A DNA stretch of 32,000 nucleotides, from contig CP113000.1 of assembly GCA_026625185.1 (NCBI GenBank), forward strand, positions 2,742,651 to 2,774,650, given 5' to 3'. The translations under genes were made by a program, and so were the position numbers. This DNA comes from Thermodesulfobacteriota bacterium. Its GTDB lineage: Bacteria; Desulfobacterota; WTBG01; JAGOGO01. Shown one piece after another: positions 23,417 to 31,949 of this stretch. A model generated the notes under the pieces. That model worked only from the letters and a program-made list of their open reading frames with translations. It did no database searches and was not told the origin of the DNA. Position 1 is the first letter of the stretch. Each line of letters opens with the position of its first letter.

Positions 23417-24379
23417 TCAAATTTTTATTCCTAAGGCAATCTTCTCTTTTGTTTTGACCAGAGCGGTAATGAGCCAATTCACCGGAACATCGATGCCATG
23501 TTTTCGCGCGATTTCAACAATCGCTCCATTGATCGAATCAATTTCAGTTCGTTTTCGATGCTGGATATCGCGAAGCATAGAGGGGTAATGATCGTAGGTT
23601 GCCGGGATGAGGCGTTCAAAGAGATAATCAAGATACGCACCGGGAGTCGGCCAATCCAGTGTCACATTTTCTTTTTCGGAGACTTTAAAAAACTCCTGAA
23701 CTATACCGGCAATAAGCATCCGGCTTGATTCATGTTCTTTCAAAAAACCGTATTTTACTCCCAGGATCGCCCCCAATCCGTTTAAGGCGCTGTTATAAAG
23801 AACCTTTCCCCAGATATATTTATTAATTTCGCGCGTGGGAAGCGTGGGGATTCCCGCATCGGTTAAGATGTCTGCGACCTCCGTCACTTTTTGGTAATCT
23901 ATGCCATTTTCTACTCCTCCGATCATCACTTCTTCAGCGTAAACAGTAACCGACACTCTTCCGGGACGGTCAATTTCTGCTCCAAAAATCACTCTTCCCG
24001 CTATTGCCCATTTGGGGCCGATAATTTGGCACATCTTATCCAGATTACCCAAACCGTTTTGCAGGGAAAGTATCAGCATTGGATCGGCAAACGTTTCGTG
24101 AATGGCTTTAAGCATGTTCTCCGTATCGTAGGATTTAACCGTAAGAAGAACCAGGTCAAACGATTTCCCTTCTTTATTTTTCAGTTCTTCAAGATTTGTA
24201 TAACCCACCATATTCTTGATAAGGTGGTTTCCCCAAAGACCTTCGATAAAAAGACCGTGTCTTTTAATTTCTGAAACGTTTTGTTCCGGTCCCAAAAAAA
24301 CGACTCTATGGCCGGCTTTAGCTAAAAAGCCTCCGAAAACTAAACCGATCGAACCCGCGCCCAGAACTATAATCTTCAT
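23417..24379 (-). CDS. panE: 2-dehydropantoate 2-reductase (ketopantoate reductase, ApbA/PanE family)
   Basis: 320 aa with the Rossmann start MKIIVLGAGSIGLVFGGFLAKAGH. LQNGLGN and SMLRDI motifs are typical of PanE. Confidence 0.8.
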   Translation of the reverse strand: MKIIVLGAGSIGLVFGGFLAKAGHRVVFLGPEQNVSEIKRHGLFIEGLWGNHLIKNMVGYTNLEELKNKEGKSFDLVLLTVKSYDTENMLKAIHETFADPMLILSLQNGLGNLDKMCQIIGPKWAIAGRVIFGAEIDRPGRVSVTVYAEEVMIGGVENGIDYQKVTEVADILTDAGIPTLPTREINKYIWGKVLYNSALNGLGAILGVKYGFLKEHESSRMLIAGIVQEFFKVSEKENVTLDWPTPGAYLDYLFERLIPATYDHYPSMLRDIQHRKRTEIDSINGAIVEIARKHGIDVPVNWLITALVKTKEKIALGIKI

Positions 24380-24436
24380 AATCTAACCGGAAAAATGAGG
24401 TTAATATTTAAGAGCACCTCTAATAATTCCCAATCC

Positions 24437-24505
24437 GTCACTCCCGCAAAAGCGGGAGTCCGGTAATTTCGCTTGGTTTTGGATTCCTGCTTGCGCAGGA
24501 ATAAC
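24437..24505. repeat. inverted-repeat element made of two related hairpins
   Basis: ACTCCCGC-aaaa-GCGGGAGT (24440-24459) and ATTCCTGC-ttgc-GCAGGAAT (24483-24502). The second unit is a diverged inverted copy of the first. Track ORF 24473 (MVLDSCLRRNN...) is a read-through of it. Confidence 0.55.
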
Positions 24506-24563
24506 ATTTTTAGAGGTACTATTAAGTTATACTTTAAATTAGCAAGATATTCAACTGAAATTT

Positions 24564-25505
24564 TTAAAAAAAATTATGGTAAATTTTTTCAATTTGAACA
24601 AGATCGCTTTCCGACAATTCCCATTGTATCGCCTGGGCATTTTTTTCCACTTGTTCCCTATTTCGCGCTCCAACCAGAGCAGTCGTTACTCCGGCTTGCT
24701 GAATAAGCCAATTGAGCGCTACCTCTACTAATGGCTTCTTTTTTTCTTGAGCGATTTTCCGGATCGCTTCCACAAAACCGTAATGCCTCTTCCATTCTTG
24801 TTCATTATAAAATGGATAAAAAAAACGACGCGCGTCTTTTTTGGAAAACGTAGGCCGGTTTTTGTATTTCCCGGTCAATAACCCCCCGCCCAATGAACCA
24901 TAGGTCATAATTCCTACCCCGTTTTTATTACAGAATTCCATCAAATGATTTTTTTCAATCATTCGTTCTAACATAGAGTAGTGAGACTGAAGGCTTACCA
25001 CCGGAGCAACTCGCAGCGCTTTTTCCAATAAGGGCTGGTCAAAATTTGACACCCCGATATGGTTAATTTTTCCCTCTGATCGCATTTTGAGCATCTCTTC
25101 CAGGGTAGTTTCTATTGGAGTCATAGGATCAGGCCAGTGGCACTGATAGAGGTCAATGTAATCGATGCCTAAACGAAGAAGAGAATCTTCAAGTTCTTTC
25201 TGGATCCCTGAAGGGCTAAGGTCGTGAGCAAACCCACCCTCTTTTTTCCTCAAACCACATTTGGTGGCGATAAAAACTTTATCTCGGTTCCCTTTTATAG
25301 CTTTACCTACAATTTCCTCTGCATGTCCGTCTCCGTAAGCCGGCGCAGTGTCAATAAGGTTTATCCCTAATGCGATCGCTTTTTGTATGGAAGCGATTGA
25401 TTCATAGTCATCTACCTTGCCCCAGTTGTCCCCGCCCATCACCCACGTGCCGAGGGAAACAACGGAAACCTTAAGATTAGTAGAACCAAGAAGATCGTAT
25501 CTCAT
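24564..25505 (-). CDS. aldo/keto reductase
   Basis: 313 aa with MRYDLLGSTNLKVSVVSLGTWVMGG, IDTAPAYG and DLYQCHWPD. Confidence 0.85.
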   Translation of the reverse strand: MRYDLLGSTNLKVSVVSLGTWVMGGDNWGKVDDYESIASIQKAIALGINLIDTAPAYGDGHAEEIVGKAIKGNRDKVFIATKCGLRKKEGGFAHDLSPSGIQKELEDSLLRLGIDYIDLYQCHWPDPMTPIETTLEEMLKMRSEGKINHIGVSNFDQPLLEKALRVAPVVSLQSHYSMLERMIEKNHLMEFCNKNGVGIMTYGSLGGGLLTGKYKNRPTFSKKDARRFFYPFYNEQEWKRHYGFVEAIRKIAQEKKKPLVEVALNWLIQQAGVTTALVGARNREQVEKNAQAIQWELSESDLVQIEKIYHNFF

Positions 25506-25635
25506 TGACTTTTTAACCTTTCTTTTTCATTATTTAAGACGGTGATCAGGAGTCAATTTTTTGGATAACAAATAATTTTTAAAATTTATCAAATTTTATT
25601 TATAATTTATATAAAATTTACCCCGTCGACCTTTT

Positions 25636-26979
25636 ATGAACTCAGAATCATTCACTATTATTCTTATCAATCCCTGGATTTATGATTTTGCGGCGTATGA
25701 TTTTTGGGCCAAACCGCTCGGCTTTCTTTATCTGGCCGCCCTGTTAAGAAAAAATGGTTTCTCCCTCCATTATATTGATTGCCTTTCCACGGATTATTAT
25801 TCTTCACCCACAATATCCTGGCCCAGGCAGGAAAGCGGAAAAGGGAAATTTTTAAAGACAAAAGTTGAAAAGCCCGAGCCGCTCAAAGGTGTTCCCCGAA
25901 ATTACTGCCGGTATGGCATCCCATCTGAACTTTTTGATCAAAAGCTTTTGGAATTGCCTGAGCCTGACGTGATTTTAGTTACCTCAGGCATGACCTACTG
26001 GTATCAAGGGGTGGGCGAGGTCATCTTGCGCGCAAAAAAAATATTTCCCAAAATCCCGATTATTTTAGGGGGGACTTACGTTACGATTTGCACTGCGCAC
26101 GCGAAAAAAAAATCAGGAGCTGACTTTGTGATTCCCGCCCATGGTGAACTTGAGATACTTAAACTTGTGTCTGCACTTGCGGGGAAAGAGATTACTTTTA
26201 ATTCAACGCCCGAACTTCTTGATTCTCTCCCCTACCCTGCTTTTGATCTCTATACTAATTTACCCTATGTTTGTATCACAACTTCCCGAGGTTGTCCTTA
26301 TCACTGTGCTTACTGCGCTTCCAATCTTTTAGCCCCAAACTATACTTTCAGGGATCCAATCGCGGTCGGGGACGAAATCGAGTTTTGGTGGAAACACCAT
26401 GGGGTAACTAATTTCGCGTTTTATGATGATGCTCTTCTTTTCAATTCAGAAAAACGGTTGATACCGTTTATGAAAGAAATTATCCGTCGATCCATACCCG
26501 CGAACTTTCACACCCCCAATGGCATGCATCTCCGGGGCATGACTGAAGATATGGCCCGCCTTATGTTTTTATCCGGATTTAAAACCATCCGCTTTGGTCT
26601 GGAGACCGCAGATGAAAAACTTATGAAAAAAACCGGGGGTAAAACTACCCGGGCGGAATTTATCCAGGCAGTAAAATATCTTAAAAAAGCAGGCTTTCCC
26701 AAAGAAGAGATCGGGGTTTATCTTTTAGCCGGTCTTCCCGGACAACGGGCGGAAGAAGTTGAGGAAAGTATCACATTTGTCAGAGACTGCGGAGCGAGGC
26801 CTTATTTGGCCGAATATTCACCCATCCCCGGAACAATCCTTTGGGAAGAAGCGATCAAAGCCTCCCGGTTTGATTTGGTTAGTGAACCCTTATTTCACAA
26901 CAATTCCCTTTTCCCCTGCGAATGGGAAGGTTTTACCCGGAAGGACCTGCAGAGGCTAAAACTACTCGCTCGCTCATAA
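25636..26979 (+). CDS. B12-binding-domain radical SAM protein
   Basis: 447 aa. It has an N-terminal cobalamin-binding-like domain (ILINPW...) and the CxxxCxxC cluster TSRGCPYHCAYCAS. Confidence 0.85.
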   Translation: MNSESFTIILINPWIYDFAAYDFWAKPLGFLYLAALLRKNGFSLHYIDCLSTDYYSSPTISWPRQESGKGKFLKTKVEKPEPLKGVPRNYCRYGIPSELFDQKLLELPEPDVILVTSGMTYWYQGVGEVILRAKKIFPKIPIILGGTYVTICTAHAKKKSGADFVIPAHGELEILKLVSALAGKEITFNSTPELLDSLPYPAFDLYTNLPYVCITTSRGCPYHCAYCASNLLAPNYTFRDPIAVGDEIEFWWKHHGVTNFAFYDDALLFNSEKRLIPFMKEIIRRSIPANFHTPNGMHLRGMTEDMARLMFLSGFKTIRFGLETADEKLMKKTGGKTTRAEFIQAVKYLKKAGFPKEEIGVYLLAGLPGQRAEEVEESITFVRDCGARPYLAEYSPIPGTILWEEAIKASRFDLVSEPLFHNNSLFPCEWEGFTRKDLQRLKLLARS

Positions 26980-27093
26980 AAAATTATTGGTTAAAAAATT
27001 TTATTGCAATTATCGAAAAATTATTTTATCATTTTAAATAATTACTGCCTTACAGCTCTTTTTTTGAAACTCTTTCAAAATGAGGGGGACGGT

Positions 27094-27351
27094 ATGGAAG
27101 AAAAAGAAGTAGGAAGAGTTACGGATTATTTTGCTAAAATTAATGTGGCCGCACTCGAAATTACCGCTGAAGGTCTCCAGGCAGGAGATACCATTCACAT
27201 CAAAGGACACACCACCGACCTTCAGCAGACAGTTGATTCCATGCAAATCGAGAAAAACTCGGTGTCCATTGCCAAAAAGGGTGATATGGTCGGTATAAAA
27301 GTGAAAGACCGGGTCCGACCTCATGATACGGTTTTCAAGGTGATTCAATAA
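27094..27351 (+). CDS. small translation-elongation-factor-like (EF-Tu domain 2-like beta-barrel) protein
   Basis: The ATG at 27094 follows GAGGGGGA and gives 85 aa. VGRVTDYFAKINVAALEIT...LQAGDTIHIKGHTTD...SIAKKGDMVGIKV resembles the stand-alone EF-like barrel proteins. Confidence 0.6.
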   Translation: MEEKEVGRVTDYFAKINVAALEITAEGLQAGDTIHIKGHTTDLQQTVDSMQIEKNSVSIAKKGDMVGIKVKDRVRPHDTVFKVIQ

Positions 27352-27457
27352 ACTCCATCAAGATTTTTCATGTTAGCAAAGTAGACTTCCAGAAAGTGCA
27401 CGCCAGCTTGGGTTAAAGGTTATCGAGCTCTGTAACCATAACCCGAGGAGACAACCA

Positions 27458-27790
27458 GTGAAAAATTCGGGAATGACTTTTATAGGAATTCTTTTCTCCC
27501 TGTTGATCATCGCGCTACTCACAATAACGCTTATAAAAAATGTGGGGATTAATAATTCAGAAACTCCTGATTCAAAAAATGTCAGGGAGCCTATCGAAAA
27601 GGCAAAAGCGGTCGAGTGCAGGATTAAGGTTGAAGCGCTCAACAACGAGGTGAAAGTTTATAAAATGAGCCATGATGATTTCCCCTCATCTCTGGACGAG
27701 ATCGCAAGTGACACCACCTGTCCGGTCTCCGGCGTTCAGCTGGACTATAATCAAACTACCGGTAAAGTGCGCTGTCCCGAACACGGATAG
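27458..27790 (+). CDS. prepilin-like (type IV pilin/pseudopilin-type N-terminus) small protein, non-canonical
   Basis: The GTG at 27458 follows GAGGAG. The N-terminus is KNSG|MTFIGILFSLLIIALLTI, a class III signal-like sequence with Gly in place of the usual Glu5. The C-terminus is CPVSG...TGKVRCPEHG. The antisense track ORF 27373..27645 is discounted. Confidence 0.5.
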   Translation: MKNSGMTFIGILFSLLIIALLTITLIKNVGINNSETPDSKNVREPIEKAKAVECRIKVEALNNEVKVYKMSHDDFPSSLDEIASDTTCPVSGVQLDYNQTTGKVRCPEHG

Positions 27791-27908
27791 CGGTATCTAC
27801 CGCGTAGCAGTTGGCAAGCGCCTCTTTTTCCGATAAACCGGTTCTCCCCCCAGTCTGAAATCCCGACCTTTGCAAATCATAAAATGAATTTTATATCCGC
27901 TCACATTA

Positions 27909-28151
27909 TTAATCGTGTTCCGAATGGGTTTTTACCCCGTTAGAAAAACCCAGTTTGCCTTGTTTTTTCCTTTCTTTAGCTAAGGTCCAGATCAAACATT
28001 GGCTTCTAAACGTGCAATAAAGATTCGGGTCAAGACATTCACAGCATTCATTCGGTTTACGGCATTCACAACATTCCCGGCAAAAGCCGATCTGGTTCTT
28101 TTCGCAATACGCTGCCGCATCCTTTTCCGGGTGATATTTGCAATTCCTCAT
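27909..28151 (-). CDS. cysteine-rich B-box-type zinc-finger-like small protein
   Basis: 80 aa with 11 Cys plus His7 in the first 52 residues. The pattern is C4-x2-H7-x8-C16-x7-C24-x2-C27, followed by CC/CxC clusters. Confidence 0.55.
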   Translation of the reverse strand: MRNCKYHPEKDAAAYCEKNQIGFCRECCECRKPNECCECLDPNLYCTFRSQCLIWTLAKERKKQGKLGFSNGVKTHSEHD

Positions 28152-28198
28152 TAATGGGCAGAAAACGGTTTAAAGAAATACTTTGTGCCTGTTATGTT

Positions 28199-28684
28199 CT
28201 AACCAATCTTGTAACCGAACTTTCTTAAAAGTGCTTTTCGCTCTTCAATATCCTTTTCAGCTTCCACGCCCTTTGGAGAAAACCCGTCAATAACACCCAA
28301 CACTCCTCTTCCTTGTTCAGTTTGACCGATGATAACCTCCACCGGGTTAGCAGTTGCACAAAATATCCGACAAACCTCCTGACATCCTTTAATTGCATTG
28401 AGAACATTAATCGGAAAAATATCTTTCATTACGATTATAAAAGAATGGCCGGCAGCAATTTTAAGGGCATTATCTACTGCTACCGTGATCATTTCTTCAT
28501 CAGTGCCGGCTTTTCTTATCAAACAAGGACCGGACGACTCGCTAAAGGCCACCCCAAATTTTGGGCTGGGCGTTGATCCCATCATGATTTCGTATAAGTC
28601 CTCAATAGTCTTGATAAAATGGGCTTGACCTAAAATAATGTTGCAGCCTTCAGGAAAGGCTAACCTTTCAGTTTTTAGTTCCAT
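28199..28684 (-). CDS. adenosine-specific kinase family (PF04008-like) protein
   Basis: 161 aa. NIILGQAHFIKTIEDL, PINVLNAIK, CATANPVEVI, GRGVLGVIDG and LRKFGYK match my recollection of this family. Confidence 0.7.
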   Translation of the reverse strand: MELKTERLAFPEGCNIILGQAHFIKTIEDLYEIMMGSTPSPKFGVAFSESSGPCLIRKAGTDEEMITVAVDNALKIAAGHSFIIVMKDIFPINVLNAIKGCQEVCRIFCATANPVEVIIGQTEQGRGVLGVIDGFSPKGVEAEKDIEERKALLRKFGYKIG

Positions 28685-28870
28685 GGATTTCCTCCTTGAT
28701 TACTTTTGTTTGCCCAAAACCAATCATCGTATAAGGTTAATATAGGCGAGATGATAATTTTTTAGGGGATCTTTTGTCAAATCTTTAATAACAAACCGAA
28801 CATATTGACAATATTTTTTTCGGCATTTAGGAAAAAATTATTGCAAATGTATTTTAAAAAGCAATTGCGG

Positions 28871-30712
28871 TCAAGCGATAGCAGTTTCTTTTTCGGTCTC
28901 TTTACAAGCCGGAAGGATAATGGTAAAGGTTGTTCCCGCGCCCCAGGTGCTTTCGACCTTAATGTCTCCCCCATGGTCTTTTATAAAACCATAACAAACG
29001 GAAAGCCCGAGTCCTACATCTTTTACGTTATCTTTCGTGGTAAAAAAGGTATCAAAAATTCGATTGATATTTTCTTCTTTAATGCCGGTCCCGGTATCAG
29101 TAATCTCAACATAAATATTATCCCCTGCTCGCCAGGTTTTTACGGTCAGTGTTCCACCCTCAGACATAGCATAGTTCGCATTGGCAAACATGTTGAGAAA
29201 GACCTGGCGCAGCTGGTTCTTTGAGGCAAAGACCATACCCATGTTTTCGGTTAAGGCAGTAGAAATACGAATATCATTTTCTCGTAATTGTCTTTCCTGT
29301 AAAACAAGGATTTCATCAAGAACGATGTTAATATCCGTGGGTTGTTTTTCTTCCTGATCGGGTTTAGAAAAAGAGAGCATTTTACGAAGTAATTCGCTCA
29401 GCCGCACAGTTTCCGAGAGGGCCATCTCTAAAATTTTTCTTCTTTTGTTTTCGGGAGGAATTTCGGTTTTCATCAATTCCAAGGTGTTCATTATCCCGTA
29501 AAGCGGATTGTTCAACTCATGAGCGATTTGCGAAGTTAACCGCCCCATAGCGGCAAGTTTTTCTGACTGTAGCAACTGCTCCTGTGTTCTCCTGAGCTTT
29601 CGTTCCATCTCCAACCTTTCGGTAAGATCCACAAATATGCCTACCGAAGCAACTTCATTTCCTTTTTCATCATAAATAATCGCCGCCGAGAGGTTTCCGT
29701 CCACAACCGAACCATCTTGTCGAACGTGCACGCGTGGCAAAGATCGCAGTTTTCCAACCCCCCCATAGTCAGGACTCCGCATCATCTGCATAACTTTCTT
29801 GTCCATACCGGGAGGATAAATTTTTTCAATGTGCATCTTATTAATAACGTCTTCAGCTTTATATCTGAAAGTTTCTTCTGCGGCCTGATTCCAGATGATA
29901 ATAATCCCCTTTAGGTCAGCCGCCACGATGGCATTCGGCGAACTCTGAATAATCTTATTCAAAAATTCATGGGCGGCCTTAAGCTCCCTCTCCATTTTTT
30001 TTCTTTGCGTTTGGTCCACCATAATTCCTTCATAACCAAAAACATTCCCCTCCTGATCATAACGAACAAGGCTTGTAAGCTGGACAGCTATCGGGGCTCC
30101 ATTCTTACGTTTAAAGTCAACCTCATAATTGATTACCTGACCTTCCCGCTCGATCATTTCTTGGAATTTGAGACGGTCCTGAGGTTTGAGATAAAGATCT
30201 TTGGTAATATCAATCTTAAAAAACTCCTCCTTGTTTTCATAACCCAGCATAGTTAGGAGGGCTTTGTTGACATTTAAAAATTTTCCTTCCTTGCTGCTTA
30301 TGTATACCCCGCAACCCACGTTTTCAAATAAGCTTTTGTAATCCTCTTCTGAGGTCTTGATCTTCTCCTCTCGCTTTTTTCGCAGAGTAATATCACGACA
30401 AATACCAAGCTTAAATACGGTTCCATCCTGGTTTTTTAACGGCATTTCCAAAACATAATAGGTTTTATCAACCTTTGGGAGGTAGATCTCCCTCCGGATA
30501 GTGCTTCCGGCAAAAACTTCTTTTGATCGGCACCACGGGCATACCTCGTCACTTTGATTCAACGCAAAATAACATTTTTCTCCTTTTGCCTCCCCAAAAT
30601 CTTTAACCATGCTATCATTCATAAATTCAACAGTGTAATCATCGTTAATGACATAAACATTGTCCTGCATGGCTTGAAAAATGGAGATTATTTGACTGTT
30701 TTTTTCATTCAT
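28871..30712 (-). CDS. multi-PAS sensor histidine kinase (cytoplasmic; no adjacent response regulator)
   Basis: 613 aa with several PAS domains; the first carries C-x10-C-x2-C. The H-box is QIAHELNNPL and the HATPase motifs are DTGTGI and GLGLSVC. Confidence 0.9.
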   Translation of the reverse strand: MNEKNSQIISIFQAMQDNVYVINDDYTVEFMNDSMVKDFGEAKGEKCYFALNQSDEVCPWCRSKEVFAGSTIRREIYLPKVDKTYYVLEMPLKNQDGTVFKLGICRDITLRKKREEKIKTSEEDYKSLFENVGCGVYISSKEGKFLNVNKALLTMLGYENKEEFFKIDITKDLYLKPQDRLKFQEMIEREGQVINYEVDFKRKNGAPIAVQLTSLVRYDQEGNVFGYEGIMVDQTQRKKMERELKAAHEFLNKIIQSSPNAIVAADLKGIIIIWNQAAEETFRYKAEDVINKMHIEKIYPPGMDKKVMQMMRSPDYGGVGKLRSLPRVHVRQDGSVVDGNLSAAIIYDEKGNEVASVGIFVDLTERLEMERKLRRTQEQLLQSEKLAAMGRLTSQIAHELNNPLYGIMNTLELMKTEIPPENKRRKILEMALSETVRLSELLRKMLSFSKPDQEEKQPTDINIVLDEILVLQERQLRENDIRISTALTENMGMVFASKNQLRQVFLNMFANANYAMSEGGTLTVKTWRAGDNIYVEITDTGTGIKEENINRIFDTFFTTKDNVKDVGLGLSVCYGFIKDHGGDIKVESTWGAGTTFTIILPACKETEKETAIA

Positions 30713-30824
30713 TATCTATGCTCCTAAAAACAAGACTTTACGAAAAATAAACCCGATTAGAAAAATTTTACGCGGGGCATTTAACCTGTGTGAAAAACTG
30801 TTAGAATTTTTAAGTGCACCAGGT

Positions 30825-30888
30825 GCTTCTTCACTCTGTTAAATATTTGAGATCTAACAGAACAAGCGCGGCATTTCTAACGAGTTAA
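30825..30888 (+). repeat. dispersed structured repeat family 3, copy A
   Basis: CTTCTTCACTCTGTTAAATATTTGAGATCTAACAGAACAAGCGCGGCATTTCTAACGAGTTAAA has a 7-bp hairpin, 30834-30840/30854-30860. Confidence 0.65.
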
Positions 30889-31064
30889 ACAAGGCGCCGA
30901 TTGATAAACTAAATTCTACCATCTATTCTCTCAAAAAAAAAGGGCGAATGCGAAAACGATTTTCCCTTGTCTGTGTGTTCCCAGTAATGATAAAATAATT
31001 TTTAAAGATTTCTTTTATCTTTCTTTTATTAAAAGCAACAGCCCATAAATCGGATTAAGAAGAC

Positions 31065-31721
31065 TTGGAAGAAAAACCGTCCTTTGGTGGACTTCTTAAT
31101 AATCTTTTCTTTAACGCCCTAAAATTTTTAGGGTATAGGCTACTTAAAACATTTTTTTCCTTTGAAGCCGTCAACATCCACCAGGTACCCCCTACCGGTG
31201 CTTTTATTATCACCGCCAATCACTTCAGTTTTATGGATCCGCCTGTGCTTCAAGCTGCCTGTCCACGAAGGATTTACTTCCTGATGACCGAAAAATATTA
31301 CAACCCCATCTGGGTGCGCTGGTTTTTCAGGCTGATGCGGACTATACCACTTCGTGACAACACTGTTTACAATATTGGTCCAGTAAAAACCGGTTTAGAA
31401 ATTCTTAAGCGTGGTAACGTGATTGGTATATTTCCTGAGGGAGGTGTCAGTAAAACCGGTATCATTCAAGAAGGGCGACCAGGGACTCTGTTAATAGCTC
31501 AAAAATCCAATGTGTCGATACTTCCTGCTTTTATTTCGGGAACTTACCTGGCACTGCCCAAACACGCAAAGTTTTTCCGCAAGGCTAAAATAAAGGTTAT
31601 TTTCGGAAATCCAATAACGTATGAGGAGCTTGCGAGAGGGGTAAAAGGGAAAAAGGGATTAAAGGATGCAACCCAAAACCTGATTCAAAAAATCCGTGAT
31701 TTGTCCCAAAAAAATCAGTGA
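31065..31721 (+). CDS. plsC: 1-acyl-sn-glycerol-3-phosphate acyltransferase family (PlsC-like)
   Basis: 218 aa with a TTG start. It has the NHFSFMDP (HX4D) and FPEGG motifs. Confidence 0.8.
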   Translation: MEEKPSFGGLLNNLFFNALKFLGYRLLKTFFSFEAVNIHQVPPTGAFIITANHFSFMDPPVLQAACPRRIYFLMTEKYYNPIWVRWFFRLMRTIPLRDNTVYNIGPVKTGLEILKRGNVIGIFPEGGVSKTGIIQEGRPGTLLIAQKSNVSILPAFISGTYLALPKHAKFFRKAKIKVIFGNPITYEELARGVKGKKGLKDATQNLIQKIRDLSQKNQ

Positions 31722-31760
31722 ACCCAGTTAGAAGGATTTCACACTTAACCTTAACCCCGC

Positions 31761-31824
31761 TCTTCTTCACCCGTTTAAAAATTTGCTGCCTAACGGGGCA
31801 AGCAGGGCATTTCTAACGGGGTAA
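31761..31824 (+). repeat. dispersed structured repeat family 3, copy B
   Basis: CTTCTTCACCCGTTTAAAAATTTGCTGCCTAACGGGGCAAGCAGGGCATTTCTAACGGGGTAAA is about 77% identical to copy A. Its hairpin is 31769-31774/31791-31796. Confidence 0.65.
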
Positions 31825-31949
31825 ATTTTTTTCTGCAAACTCTTATTGACTCATTTTAAATACCGTGTAAACATTATTCATTAACGTTTTTTTTATTTTA
31901 ATAACCAAACCGGAATCTTGAAGTTTAAATTTGGTAATGAGAGAAAATT

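Noticed and set aside
24381-24387. Extra ATCTAAC heptamers (24381-24387, 30851-30857) identical to the attC-like box.
   Set aside because: A given 7-mer is expected a few times by chance in 32 kb on two strands. Neither has a partner GTTAG box or a long imperfect palindrome.
24473-24706. A 77-aa ORF beginning MVLDSCLRRNN.
   Set aside because: Its start is a translation of the hairpin repeat, and the rest is antisense to the AKR 3' end.
27373-27645. A 90-aa minus-strand ORF overlapping the prepilin-like gene.
   Set aside because: The plus-strand ORF has a good SD and a recognisable signal-type N-terminus, and the minus-strand ORF has neither.
30825-31824. The repeat pairs (families 1-3) as a CRISPR array.
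   Set aside because: There are only two or three diverged copies, 1-14 kb apart, with genes between them. Spacing is not regular and no cas genes are present.
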